A stretch of 64,000 nt of DNA from Piromyces finnis finn (Eukaryota; Fungi; Neocallimastigomycota): positions 496,001 to 560,000 of the forward strand of contig MCFH01000021.1 in assembly GCA_002104945.1 (NCBI GenBank), given 5' to 3'. The notes below the pieces were generated by a model. It had not been told where the DNA came from, made no database searches, and saw only the letters and a program-made list of their open reading frames with translations. The stretch's first letter is position 1. The number at the start of each line of letters is the position of its first letter. This document shows positions 48,001 through 64,000 of this stretch, piece after piece. Made by a program: the position numbers and the translations under genes.

Positions 48001-50941
48001 AAATATTGGAAAGAGTGAAAGTAATGAAGAAGTAATACCTAATAATGAAACAGAAAATATTGAAAAGAGTGAAAGTAATGAAGAGGTAATTACTAATGAT
48101 GAAGCAGAAAATATTGAAAAGTGTGAAAGTAATGAAGAAGCAAATATTAATAATGAAACAGAAAATATTGGAAATGAAAAAATAAATATTAATAATATAA
48201 AAATTATAAATGTTGAAAATAAAAATAGGGTTGAAGATTGTTTAATAAACAATGTTAATGAAAATGATAGTAATGATAAAAATAACACATATATAATTAG
48301 AAATGATAATAAAAACAATGCTGATACCAATTTTGAAAATTATAATATTGAAGAATTAATTGATGAAAGTAATAATGAAACTCCTGAACTTCATTTATCT
48401 TGTAATGGTAGCAGAACTGAAATGATACAATTATTATTGAATAATGGTTTTGATATTAATGAACAAGCCGGAAAATATAATCTAACACCATTAATGATGC
48501 TTATTATAAAGGAAGATTATGATAATGCTATTCTTTTTATAAAGCATAATGCGGATGTCAATATTAAAGATATATATAATAATACACCATTTATATATAT
48601 GTTAAAAAATTTAAAAATCAATAAAAATATATATGATTTATTAATAAATCATAATGCAATTGTGGATATTATTCATTTCAACAATAAAAAATTTATTGAA
48701 CAGATCTTACGAAATCAAACTTTCATTAAGCTATTAATCAAAAAGAAAATAAAAATAAGTGATGAAAATGGAATAATTAAATCAATAAGACAGCCATTAA
48801 TATTTGCAATAAAAAGAAATAATATAGAATTTGTAAAGGTGTTAATTGAAAATGGCGCAGAAATTAATGAATTCTCATACAATGGTAATACACCATTAAT
48901 TCAAGCAATAAATAATAACAATGAAGAAATAATTAAATTATTAATTGATAAAGGTGTTGATTTAAAGCAATGTAATAATGAAGGAAAATTACCATCAACT
49001 GTTGCTAAAGAAAGAAATAATAAAAAAGTTATATCAATAATTGAAAATGCATTAAAACAAAATAATACAGTCAGTAATAATGTTTATTCAAGTAATAATT
49101 ACAGCACAACTGATAACAATAAAATCTTTTATAATAGTAATAACAACAACGATAATAATAATATTGATATATATAATAATAATATCAATGCATTTAATAA
49201 CAATTATAGTATTAATGTATATAATAATAGTAGTACCAACTTATTTAATAATAATAACATCAATGTATATAATAATACCAACTTATTTAATAATAGTAAC
49301 ATCAATGTATATAATAACACCAACTTATTTAATAATAGTAACATCAATGTATATAATAACACCAACTTATTTAATAATAGTAACATCAATGTATATAATA
49401 ATAATAATAATATCACTGTATTTAATAATAATAATCTTTATAATAATATCTCATTAAATAATAATAATAATAATGCATATTTATATAATAATAATAATAA
49501 TTCAGGATTAACAAATATAAATGATTACAATATTAACCTAAATCATAAAAAAATATATAATCAGTTATTAAAATTCATTAGAAAAGGACTTGTTAGAGAA
49601 ATTATTAATCTAATTCGAAATGGTGCAAATGTTAATTATGAGTATAAAAATGGTTTAACTCCATTATTATATGCAATTCATAATAAAAATTTAAAAATAA
49701 TTGATTTATTAATATCATATGGAGCTAATGTTGATATGATCAATAAAAATAATTTAACGCCAATAAAATTATCTTTAAATAGTGGAAATATTGAAATAAT
49801 AAAAACTCTTGTAAACCAAAGTTCTAAATTTAATGAAAGTAATAAACATTATAAATCACTCATAGAAGCAATAAACAAGGAAAATGTGTTAGCCGTAAAA
49901 ACTATAATAAATAATAATACACTTGAGCCACACAACATGCTAAAAAAAGTTAAAAAAATTTATTCGAATTTCCATATATCAAATATAGCATTATTTAGAA
50001 CAATTAATAAGAAGCATATTAGTTCCAAACAAAAATATAATGAAATAAAAACTCAAGATAACATTAACAGCATAAAGAAAGAGGAAAATTCTAACTTAAA
50101 TAGAGATAATGAAAATAATATTAATAAAAATTATAATGAACTTATTGAAGAAAATATAAATATTTTTAAATGTATTGATGAAAAAAAATATGATTTAGCC
50201 AAAAAAATAATTTCTTCAAACATGAAAGAAAATATCAATATTAAAAATAAAAAAGGATCCACTGTTTTGACTTATATAATAGTAAGACCAGAAAAGTTTA
50301 ATAATAATCTCTTTGATTTTTTAATTAATAATAATGCTTATATCAACAGAAACATTTTCAATACTGGTGTTAAAACTCTCAATTCCCCCAAATTTATTTC
50401 AAGCTTCTTAAATAAAAAATTAAAAATAAAGTTAAAGGAGAATGATAAGCTAAAATCAATAACTGAGCCACTTTTATATTTAATTGAAAGTAAAAGTTAT
50501 AAATATTTAAACATCATTCTTAATATACTTAAAAATGAGAAAAAAAAAGTCTTAAATCAAAATTTAATTGAAAAAGCCATAGAAATGAATGACTCTGAAG
50601 CTTTAAATACCCTTTTAAAACATATTAATCCCAGAATGAAAAATAGAAAAGGAAAGACTTTATTAATGCATGCAGCTAAATATTGTGACAAAAGTATACT
50701 AAAAATTTTATTAAATAATAGAATAGATATAGATGAAAATGATAAAAATGGTGAAACAGCAATATTCTATGCTGCCAAAAATAATAATTTTAATAATGTA
50801 AAATATTTAGTAAAAAAAGGTGCAAATTTAAAAATAATGAATAATGACGGTAAAAACATTTTAACCTATTGTAATGAATTAAATAAGACAATCATATCTG
50901 AATATTTAACTAAAAAAATAGATAAATTATATAAAAAATAG
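40940..50941 (+). CDS. Giant ankyrin-repeat protein (about 3300 aa) with internal tandem repeats. Exon 1 40940-40950 (ATG GAT ATA AG), exon 2 41059-50941
   Basis: The 9.9-kb open exon has many ankyrin motifs. The ORF-track start at 41096 is TTG; an 11-nt ATG exon joins in frame via a phase-2 intron 40951-41058. Confidence 0.9.
41498..41563 (+). repeat. Coding 9-bp tandem repeat (GATTATGAT)n encoding (DYD)n, about 7 units
   Basis: Direct inspection. Confidence 0.9.
44753..45010 (+). repeat. Coding 18-bp tandem repeat, about 14 units, IEN(T/A)NS
   Basis: Direct inspection. Confidence 0.95.
45755..48172 (+). repeat. Coding 54-bp minisatellite, 44 full units plus 1 partial, consensus NEEVITNNETENIGKSES
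   Basis: Unit starts fall exactly 54 bp apart (45755, 46025, 46511, 48131 checked). Confidence 0.97.
49235..49402 (+). repeat. Coding 42-bp tandem repeat, about 4 units, TNLFNNSNINVYNN
   Basis: Direct inspection. Confidence 0.9.
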
Positions 50942-52603
50942 TATATATTTTAATGACCATTATTTATGACCATTTAATTAAATGTACAAATAAAAAAAAT
51001 TGTAATAATTATTAAATAAAAAAAAAATTATATATATATTTTTTTATTATTTTATTAATAGTTTGTATTTTATTAAATGAAGAATGAACAAATTTCATAT
51101 ATAATCCTTATAGAAAGGGAATAAATGTCATAGATCTTGGTTTCCTTTGATAAAAATAGATTAATAACAAAAAAAAAAAAACAGAATTTATTTCATTTTT
51201 TATTATTAAGTAGGTTCAAAACGGAAAAGTATATGATATAGAACGATTATATATTTATATTTAGATAATAAAAAATTTTGATATTGCAATACAATTGCTA
51301 TAAATTTAAAAAAAGATTGACTTATTTTATTATTTTTTATTATACTGAAATACTCTACTGTTATTTACATGGTTTTTATATGCTTTTTTTTCTATAGTCT
51401 ATTTATTTAAAAAAAAAAAAAAAAATTTTTAAAATTTTCGTACATAAATTTCCATTTTTTCAATTTAAAAAATGTATATGAAAAAAAAAAAAAACGCATG
51501 TTTTATACTTTCTTTTTTTATAAATATTTAAAGAATAATTTTAAAAGAGAAGTTATTTAAAAAGTTTACTTTTTAAAGAAGACAAAAAATACTTTAGTTA
51601 TAAATAAATATATATAATAATAATAAAAAAAAAAGTAAGAGCAATTATTAATAATTTTTTATATATACTTTTAAAAAATTAAAGATATGTTTTAAAATTT
51701 TCAAGAATATAAATTATCATTTTTTATTATACTCTTTTATAGTTCTTTTTTTTTGTTTTTTGTTTTTTGTTTTTTGTTCTTTTTTTTTTTTTTTTTTTTA
51801 TAAATAATAATAATAAGAAGAATAAGAATAAACATAATAAAGAATTAATAATGAAAAAGTTAATAAAAATAAAAAATTTCTAAAAATAAAAATAATTTAT
51901 TATCCATGGTGGTGAATAATACATTAATTATGCATCACCAAGGTTTTAAAATAATAAAATGTTCATTTATTTTCCTTTTATATATATATATATGTATATT
52001 ATATATTATTCATATATTTTTTTATTTATTTATTTTTTTTTTAAAAAAAAAAAAAGAAAAAAAGATATTTTTAGTGTATCTAATTCAATTTATTAAGTAA
52101 TTGAAAAAGAAATGTAGTAATTATAAAGATTAATTCTTTTAATGTGATCAAGAGTTAGAAATTTTTATATAAAATTTTAATATTTTAATGAAGTTTAATG
52201 TAATATTTAAATATGTGAATATGTAGAATGTTTATTATTGCTTATTAATTAAAATAATTTTTATTCATATGTAATAATCTTATTTCTATATTTATTATAA
52301 AACATATACTAATAATTTTTTTTCTTTTTTATTTATTTCTTTTTTTTTCTATTCCATATCTTATGAATATTTAATTATTCTTGTATATACTCATATATAT
52401 ATATATTCTATAATTGTAGTTCAAAAATAATATTTGTATATATAAATAATAATAGAAGCACAGTTATAAAACAAGAGGTTGATATCTTCAATAGCATTTC
52501 TTTATGAATAAAATAAAAATATTAATTAATATTTTTTATAAATAATAATTTACCACTTTAAAATATATTTTATTTATTCTTATTTCAACAAATTAGTTAT
52601 TAC

Positions 52604-52640
<37 letters not shown>

Positions 52641-52690
52641 TTGTACATTTCTATTTTATTAAATAAATAAAAAAAAAAAGAACAAATAAT

Positions 52691-55833
<3,143 letters not shown>

Positions 55834-56370
55834 ATGACTTTTTTTTTTTTGAAAAAAAAAAAAAAAAATTGTAAAAATTAAATTTTATATTATTTTTATT
55901 TTCTTTTTTTTTTTCTACTTTTAAATTGTAGTTTTTGTAGTTGATATTATTTAATTTATTATTACCCTTTTTTTTTTTATATCACTATATTATTATATAT
56001 TGTTTATTAGAAAATAACAAATAATAAATTTATACATCAATAAAAATATACATATATATAATTCACAAATTATATGCTTTATTGAGCAATATTCAAAAAA
56101 ACACATATTAATATTTTTTTTATTTCTTTTATTATTTTTATTTATTTTTTAATTTATTTATTTATTTATTATTATTTTTTTTTTATTATTTTAAAAAACA
56201 TAAATATAATAATATTATTAATTATTATATCTAAAAATTCAAAGTCTACTAAAATCAAGTCTATTATGAATAAAATAAACTTAAAATATAATTATATAAA
56301 CTTATAAATGCACTAATATTAAGTGATTATTTTTTAATTTATAAATAGAATTTTTCTATATTAATTTAAT

Positions 56371-57214
56371 TTATTCAGCCTTGTTGTATAATTGTTCAGC
56401 ATTCTTAACAGCCTTGTTAATACCACTATCGATAGCACTTTCATTTTTGAGAAGGTATACTCTAATATATTTATTGTAAATAACTTCAGCACCCTATTAT
56501 TTATTAATAATATATATAAATAATTATTAATTTTTCATTTAATATAAAAAATATTAAAAAATAAAACATTTTCTATATATATCACTAAAATTTATATATA
56601 ATATTTACTCTGAATTGTGGAAGAGATAACCATAAAGTGAAAATACTCTTAAGGAAGTAGTAGAAGGAAACCCAACCAAGAATTTGGTCAGAGAAACATT
56701 CGACTAAGTGAAGGAAACCGAAAACAGTCCAGTAAGTTAACCACTAATTATATAAAAAATACATAATATATATAATTAATTCTTTGTTTCCTATATTTTT
56801 ATTCTTTGAATTATATTCGCCATCAGATTATTATAATATATAGTATTGAAATATTTACTTGGGTATCATCATTCTTATCAGAACTTTCAATAGCCTTGAA
56901 GGAAGCATAAGCTGGGTAAATAAAGGCAATCTTTTAAAAATATTATTTGTTTTTATTTTATTTAAATTTTATTAATAAATATTATTTTCATTATATACAA
57001 TATTATAACTTATTTTTATTGTAATACATACTAAAGTAGATAATAAGTCACCAAAGATATTGAAGAAAATGAAAACTGAAATTACAGCAGCGAAACCAAT
57101 AGTAATATAGGTCTTTAATTTTGGAACCTTTGACTTTTCATCAATGACATTTAAGTATGGAACCTTCTTTAATTCCTTATCGAGTTGATCAATATAGTAA
57201 TTAACCTTATCCAT
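56371..57214 (-). CDS. YOP1: ER-shaping protein Yop1/REEP5 (TB2/DP1/HVA22 family), 4 exons
   Basis: Spliced IAFIYPAYASFKAIESSDKNDDTQ/WLTYWTVFGFLHLVECFSD...YYFLKSIFTLWLSLPQFR/GAEVIY. Confidence 0.95.
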
Positions 57215-58597
57215 TTCTGATATTTTTATATTTTTTTTATTTAATATTGTTTTTTTATTTTTTATTTATTAATTAATTATTTAATTAATAAAATAGTTTT
57301 ACTTTTTGTTTTGCTAATTTTAGTTTTTAAAAAAAAATTAATGCTATTATTATTGAATATAATAACTTTTTAATTATTGAATATATAAAAAAAAATTATT
57401 TCATAAACCTTTTATACTTTTACAAAATGATATATTAGTTTATAATCTAGTATATTGTATCAATGTATCATAATTATTTATTTATAAATAATTATTTTTA
57501 AAATAAAGAATATTAATTAAGAATTTCTTCCAATGAGATTAAAGATTTTTTTTTAAAAAAATTAAATTTATTATATAATTAAATATAATTATCCATATAT
57601 TATTGCTATAATTAAATAAAGTGTTATAATAACATAACTGATCAATAATAAAGTATCAATTAAAATCATTATATTAATAATATATGTTTAATATATAATA
57701 AAAAAATAAAATTTAAGAAAACTATAAATTTTTTTTTAAATTCTATATATATTAAATTTTATATTACATTCTACTCATTATATATATTAATAAAAAATAT
57801 AATGAAAAAGTATTTCTGGTAAAAAAAAAAGATTTATATAGTATTTTTCTGGTAAAAATTTTAAAAAAAAATTAATATAAATTTTCCTTATTAAGATTTA
57901 TTAAAGATTTATTGACATATTAAAAAGTTTTTTTTTTATTTAAATACAAGAGATTAAAAGAAAAAATAGTTAAAAAAAATAATAATATTTTCATTATTTT
58001 ATTATTTTTACAAAACTATAATACTATTATAAAACGTAATTATATATGATATTATTTTTTAAACTTAAGAATAAAAGTTTTTTATATATCCCAAATCTAA
58101 TATAAATCATTAATTATATATATATATAATTTCAGATAATTTTAACTTTTTAGTTTTTATTTTATTTGAATATACGACGAATCATTTTTATTTTTGATAT
58201 GGATAAATATATAAATATATATAAAGTTGAAAAAAAAGCATTTTATAGTAATCTTTGATTTATGGGGGATATAAAATATACTAACTCTATTTATATTTCA
58301 TTAATTTGCCAATATTATCATAATTATAAATTTATAAGCTCTAATAATCTATAATTAAATTATTAAAGGTTATAATTGTAAATCAAAGGGAAAAAAATCT
58401 ACTATAATCTAATTTAATAAAAACAATTAAAATGAAATTTTATAAATAATACAAATTAAAAATATTACAAACTATAATAATAAATTAATAAAAATTTAAT
58501 AATATAATTGAACTTAATCTTATTTCATTAATTATTGAAATAATTAAAAATCAGCAAATATTTATAATACAATTATATTCCTAAGCATCAACATATT

Positions 58598-59287
58598 ATG
58601 GCAATACTAAAAAATGAGAAAAATAAACCACATATTATTATTAGTGCAATTGGCCATACCAATCATGGTAAGACAGCTTTGACAGCAGCTATCACAAAAG
58701 TATTAAAATTTTTAGGTAATGCTGAATATAGAACGTACGATCAATTAAACAGAGAAAGAGGAATTGAAAATTTTATTGTTCCCATTGAATATGAAACAGA
58801 TACTAGAAAATATTCACATATTGACTATCGAGATCATTCTGAATTCATGAATAATTTAATCAAAGGCACTCTTCAAATAGACGGAGCAATATTGGTAGTA
58901 TCAGCTACTGATGGTGTAATGCCTCAAACAACAGAAATTATAACATTAGCTCGTAAAATTGGAATATTGCATTTGGCTGTATTCCTGAATAAGTGTGACT
59001 TGTCTGATGATGAAGAGTTATTAGAATTAGTAGAAATGGAAATAAGAGAATTATTGTCATTTAATGGTTATGATGGTGATAATATACCAATAGTAAAAGG
59101 TTCAGCTTTAGATATTTTAGAATCAAATTCCACAAATGTTAATGCCCCAGTGTATGGTCCAATTATTGAGCTAATGAAAAATGTTGAAAAATATATCCCA
59201 ACCCCACAAAGATCATTTGAATATGAGTATACCGAAGAAAGAGTAGGTGAATTATTAAATGGTATACGAAAAATTAATTTGAATTAA
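58598..59287 (+). CDS. Bacterial-type EF-Tu G domain only (domains II and III absent), intronless, divergent GTPase motifs
   Basis: KPHIIISAIGHTNHGKTALTAAIT, YETDTRKYSHID, DGAILVVSATDGVMPQT, FLNKCD, EELLELVEMEIRELLS, IPIVKGSAL, YIPTPQR, then about 24 unrelated residues and a stop. Confidence 0.9.
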   Translation: MAILKNEKNKPHIIISAIGHTNHGKTALTAAITKVLKFLGNAEYRTYDQLNRERGIENFIVPIEYETDTRKYSHIDYRDHSEFMNNLIKGTLQIDGAILVVSATDGVMPQTTEIITLARKIGILHLAVFLNKCDLSDDEELLELVEMEIRELLSFNGYDGDNIPIVKGSALDILESNSTNVNAPVYGPIIELMKNVEKYIPTPQRSFEYEYTEERVGELLNGIRKINLN

Positions 59288-60818
59288 GAAAATTTTTAAT
59301 ATAGTCAATCCAATCCACTCATCATTGTGTAATTTAAAGAGTTTGTATTACTAGTAAAAACAGAAAGCATATTTAATATTAATAATAATAAGTCTAATTA
59401 ATCAAATCTACTAATATTCGCAATAGAAAAATATAATACATAATAAAGGATAACGAATATGATAAAACTATTTAAATAACAAAAACTTAAAAGAAGAAAG
59501 ATATTGTGAAATTCAAAAAGGAATCTAAAAACTGATTAATATTTTATATTAAATGTATTTTTAAATTATAAATATACAAGTGTAAAATAAGAAAAGACTA
59601 TCTAAAGCTTTAATTTTATTTTTTTAAAATAAAATTTTTTTATTTATAATTAATATTATAATATTTTGTTATTTTTTTTTCAAAAAGCTATTTAATATAT
59701 ATTTAATATATAAAATAATTGAATTTTTTTCATTTTTTTTCATAGAAATATTAAATTTATATTGGATAAATTTTGAAAAATAAGAAACTATATTAATTTA
59801 AATTTAATAAAAAACGGCATTTTTTTCTTTTGATTAACAAATTGGAAAATGGGGTACATTATTTGATAAGGAAATTAATCCATCCATTAATATTTGTATT
59901 ATAATACATTTACATTATTGGTTGGAAGTTTTAAAATAAATATTATATGTACATTATTAATGTATTAAAAACTGTATATATTGATATTTTTAAAGTAAAA
60001 CATTTTTAATTTTTAATGGAAATTTTAGGGATTAATTCATATTAAAGTTTAATTATTAACAGAAAAAAAAAGAAGCCATTTATGGACTATTTGTGTTTCA
60101 TTAATTTAAATACATAAAAAAAAAAGAATATTAATAATATATACCTATATATTAGTATTAATAAATAATGATTTAATAATAATAAAATAAAATATAAAAG
60201 TTTATAAAGGATTTTAAAGAAAATTTTTAATATTTATACAATATATATTTTAAAATATATATAAAAAAAAAACTTTATAAAAAATTAACAGAAAAAACCA
60301 CTTTCGTAAACTTTCGTAATTACCAATAAATTTATTTGTTTTATTTTTTAATTAATATCAGAACTTTAATAATATAATTTAGGAACTAGGAATTTAATTA
60401 AATATTAAAAAATACTACCACAATTTTGTGTTACATTATTTAATTATTTGTCATTCATTTTTAAACTATAAGAAAAATATATATATATCTCTTCAATATT
60501 CTTTTTTTTTAAAAATGTAAATAAAATTCATTTTCATAAAAAAAAAAAAAAGAAATGAAAAAAGAATTGTAATAATACAAAGGGGTTATTAAGTAAGTAT
60601 TAATTATAAACATTATTATATACAACGATAATAAATTATATTTAAAATAAAAATAATTAACATTATTACAATAAAATCTAAATTCCAAACTAAAATTTCT
60701 TTTTTTTTTATTTGCATTTATATAGAAAATATATTTCTTTTTTTAATTTTTATATCTAATTTATATTTAAAATAATAATAAATAAAGTGATATTTAAAAT
60801 ATAAATAATCAAAGTATC

Positions 60819-62576
60819 ATGTTATCAAAGAAAAATTTTCAATTTATTTTTACTTCATTATTTTTATATTCTCTCAATAGAACTTTTGTTCTTTCAAGAA
60901 ACATTGATATTTTGAAAAGAAATTATAGTATTACCAACAATATAGATACACCAAAAGATAGAAAACCTATTGGTTTTGGTCGTAATACGGTCGGTGGTGA
61001 TGTAGAAGAAAGTACTATCTATAATATTTATAATTTAGAAGAATTTTTTAAAGCTCTTGATAACCAAGGTCACCCAGACGATCCAAAAATTATTTATGTC
61101 AATGGTAAAATCCAAGGAAATATTAAAAAAATAATAACTAATAAAAAAAGAAGTATTTCAACTGACTTTGAAAACGAGGAGAGTGATGATTTAATTGAAT
61201 CTATCGATGAAAGTATTGATGTAGAAGCTTTTATTGAAGATAGTGATTTTGAAGAAGAAATTCAATATATGACTGAATCAGATTATGCTCCAGGTTATTC
61301 TATTTCAGATTATTTATCTTGTTTTGGTGAAGACGGTAAGGTCTGGGAAAATTCTGACGAATGTAATCATTTAGAGGAATTAAGACTTCAAGGTCATATC
61401 AATCAAAGAGATGCTATTATGTTAAGAATTGGTAACAATACTTCAATTTATGGCGTTGATGAAAATAGTCGTCTTCAAGATATTTTCTTAAATATCAAAG
61501 GATCAGATCAAGTCATTGTTCGTCACTTAACTGTCGATACTCCAAGAGACTTCTTTTCAGAATGGGATCCAACAGATGGTATTAATGGTAGTTGGAATGC
61601 AGCTTTTACCGGTATTGCTATTGAAAATTCGTAAGAAGAATGAAAAGAAAAAAAAAATTTTTTTTTTATATAATAATATAATAATTTTATAATTACGAAA
61701 TTATCAATGAATAATAATAATTAACAACTATTTGATTATTTCATTATTAATAAATATTATCATAATATATTTATACATTTATAATATTTATGTATCTTAT
61801 AAATATTTAATAGAACAAATGTTTGGATTGATAATTGCCATATTACTGATGGTGAACATTCAATTGTTGAAGCTGGTAAAAAATTTGGTACATATATTGA
61901 ATTACATGACGGTGCTTTAGATATTTGGCGTGGCGCTGATTACATTACAATTTCTAATTGTCGTTTTAGTGATCATCAAAAAACTATGTTAATTGGTAGT
62001 AGTGATAGTATGAAAACTGATGCAGGTAAATTCCACATTACTCTTTATAACAATGTTTTTGAAAATTGTAAGGAGAGACTTCCAAGAGTCCGTTTTGGTA
62101 AAGTTCATATATTTAATAATTACTATTATTCTACTACCGATAGTAGCAATGGATATAATTCTCTTTCAGCTGGATATTATAATGATCCAAAAGTTTTTGC
62201 AAACTATTTCATTGGCTTAGGGGTTGAATGTGATATTACATCCCAATATAATTATTTCCTTTACGAGGGAACAGAAGATATTCCAGATTCAGAAACTATT
62301 GTTGTTTATAGTTATGGTGGTTACACCTTTTCTGATGTTGGATCCTTGTATAATGGTCATACTTTCGATCCAGAAGCTATTGCTAACGAAAGTTTTGAAA
62401 TTAAAAAAGCTTCTAGAATTGAAAGTGATGCTCTTAAAGGAAAAAATCCACCTGCTTGGACTAATGCCACTTTTAATAATAAATCATTTAATCCATCAGA
62501 GTATTATGACTATGAAGTCATCGAAGATATGAATGTTATTTTATCTCTTGTTAAAAGAACCATTCCAGAATTTTAA
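60819..62576 (+). CDS. Pectate lyase, family PL1, secreted. Exons 60819-61630 and 61814-62576
   Basis: IGFGRNTVGG, GNNTSIYG, QVIVRHL, WDPTDG...WNA, NVWIDNC, HDGALDI, HQKTMLIGSSD, RLPRVRFGKVHIFNNYY. No dockerin or CBM seen. Confidence 0.92.
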
Positions 62577-62640
62577 TTCATATAAATAAAAATCAAAAAT
62601 TTATATATTTATTTTAAACAAGGGAGAAATAGAATTAAAG

Positions 62641-62673
<33 letters not shown>

Positions 62674-63274
62674 ATTATTTATAGATAAAATAAAAATTTA
62701 TAACAAAAAAAAAATTATACATATTTACTAATTAGAGATTATATAAAACTAATAATAGAATAAAAAAGGAAAAGGGATTTTGATAAATAGAAAAAGAAAA
62801 TAACAATAAAATAAAATTTATAAAAAAGTAATTTTTAAAGTGTAAATTTTTTTTTGTTATTTAATCTTATTTTTTAAATATATTTTAATAATAATTCAAT
62901 AATATTTATGTGACATACTAGGTTTATCCTATAATAATAAAGAAGAATAAAGCTTTTTTTTTTTTATATATAATTTTATTATGTGTACTTTTAATTTTTT
63001 TATTTTATTTATTTATTTTTTTTTTTATTTTTTGTACTAATAAATTTATACTATAAATTTACAGACAAATATATATTTTCTTAATTCATTTTATTATTAT
63101 ATTCACTACTATTATTATTATAAATAATAGAATTTAAATAATTAAAAAAAAAAAAAAAAAAAAAAGGTGTGTGTGTATGTGTAAAATGATATGTATAGAC
63201 AAAGAAATGAATGATTAATAAATAATAATAAAATTTTTATTGTAACGATATAATGAAATAAATTTCAATTTTGT

Positions 63275-64000
63275 TTAATCCCAGTATTTAATTAAACCAT
63301 CCCAACTACAAGTTGCTACTTTACTAGTTTCATGTGGATGCCATTCACAACCGACAACAGCAGCATTATGTGCCTTGAATTTCCTAAATATTATAATGAA
63401 AAATAAAAATATATATATATATATATATATTAATCAAAAAAAATTTAAATTTTTTTTTTTTTATTCATTTAAATAATTGCTTAATTAATTTTTAAATAAA
63501 CTTACTTATATAATTTACAAGTTTTCCAATCCCAGAAGAACATTTTACCTTCAGAATCACCACTCATTAAGAAATGACCATCTGGTGAAAAGTTAACTTG
63601 ACATGAAAAACCAGCCACTAAATGACCAGTGAAACGTTTCTTATAATTCATACGGAATTTATCTTTAACAGAATAAACTTGAACTTGATTATCCATAGAT
63701 TGGCAAGCAATATATTTACCATTTGGATGAACGGAAACACTTGGTATAGCATGCATACTTGGTTCAGCAATATATTTAATAACAACAGGAATATCGTATT
63801 CCCATACACGAAGAGTTTTATCATCACTTGTAGTAACAAAACGACGGTTATTATCAACAAATGTAATTGTATTAACAGCACCCAAGTGTTGATTATATTC
63901 TTGAACTATTTCACCTGAATTTATATCATATTGATAAATCTTTTTATCAGAACAACCAGTAAGGAAAATATTTTGTTTATCTTCATCTGGATTAAATCTT
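63275..64000 (-). CDS. CDC40: Pre-mRNA splicing factor Cdc40/Prp17 (WD40), 3' part, intron 63505-63384
   Basis: [53 protein letters not shown]...[21 protein letters not shown]...KFKAH...[22 protein letters not shown]. Confidence 0.95.

Noticed and set aside
45755-48172. CRISPR-like regular array
   Set aside because: The units are contiguous with no unique spacers, are in frame within a CDS, no cas genes are present, and the context is eukaryotic.
45538-48330. 930-aa antisense ORF (and the small ORFs at 44724-45023, 44745-44999, 49080-49457, 49204-49416)
   Set aside because: They are by-products of stop-free tandem repeats within the ankyrin CDS.

Overview
Extremely AT-rich, intron-rich eukaryotic DNA, most consistent with an anaerobic gut fungus (Neocallimastigomycota). 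This assignment is inferred from base composition, (AAT)n tracts, ankyrin expansions and bacterial-type genes. Conserved genes: RAD2/XPG (5' part), RQC1/TCF25, a USP-family deubiquitinase, a GPR107/108-like membrane protein, TFIIF-alpha, YOP1/REEP and CDC40/PRP17 (3' part). Accessory content: two giant ankyrin-repeat genes (one with a 45-copy 54-bp coding minisatellite), two secreted/GPI-like proteins, a PL1 pectate lyase and a G-domain-only bacterial-type EF-Tu. The interval between the ankyrin genes (32.5-40 kb) holds four decayed pieces of one non-LTR retrotransposon family and an ankyrin pseudogene. It also holds an intact 559-bp tRNA-Ala(AGC)-derived SINE with a structured body, poly(A) tail and perfect 14-bp target-site duplication. 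Top observations: this SINE, two AT-AC (U12, minor-spliceosome) introns in RAD2/XPG, and the truncated EF-Tu. All homology calls come from reading the sequence; no searches were run.
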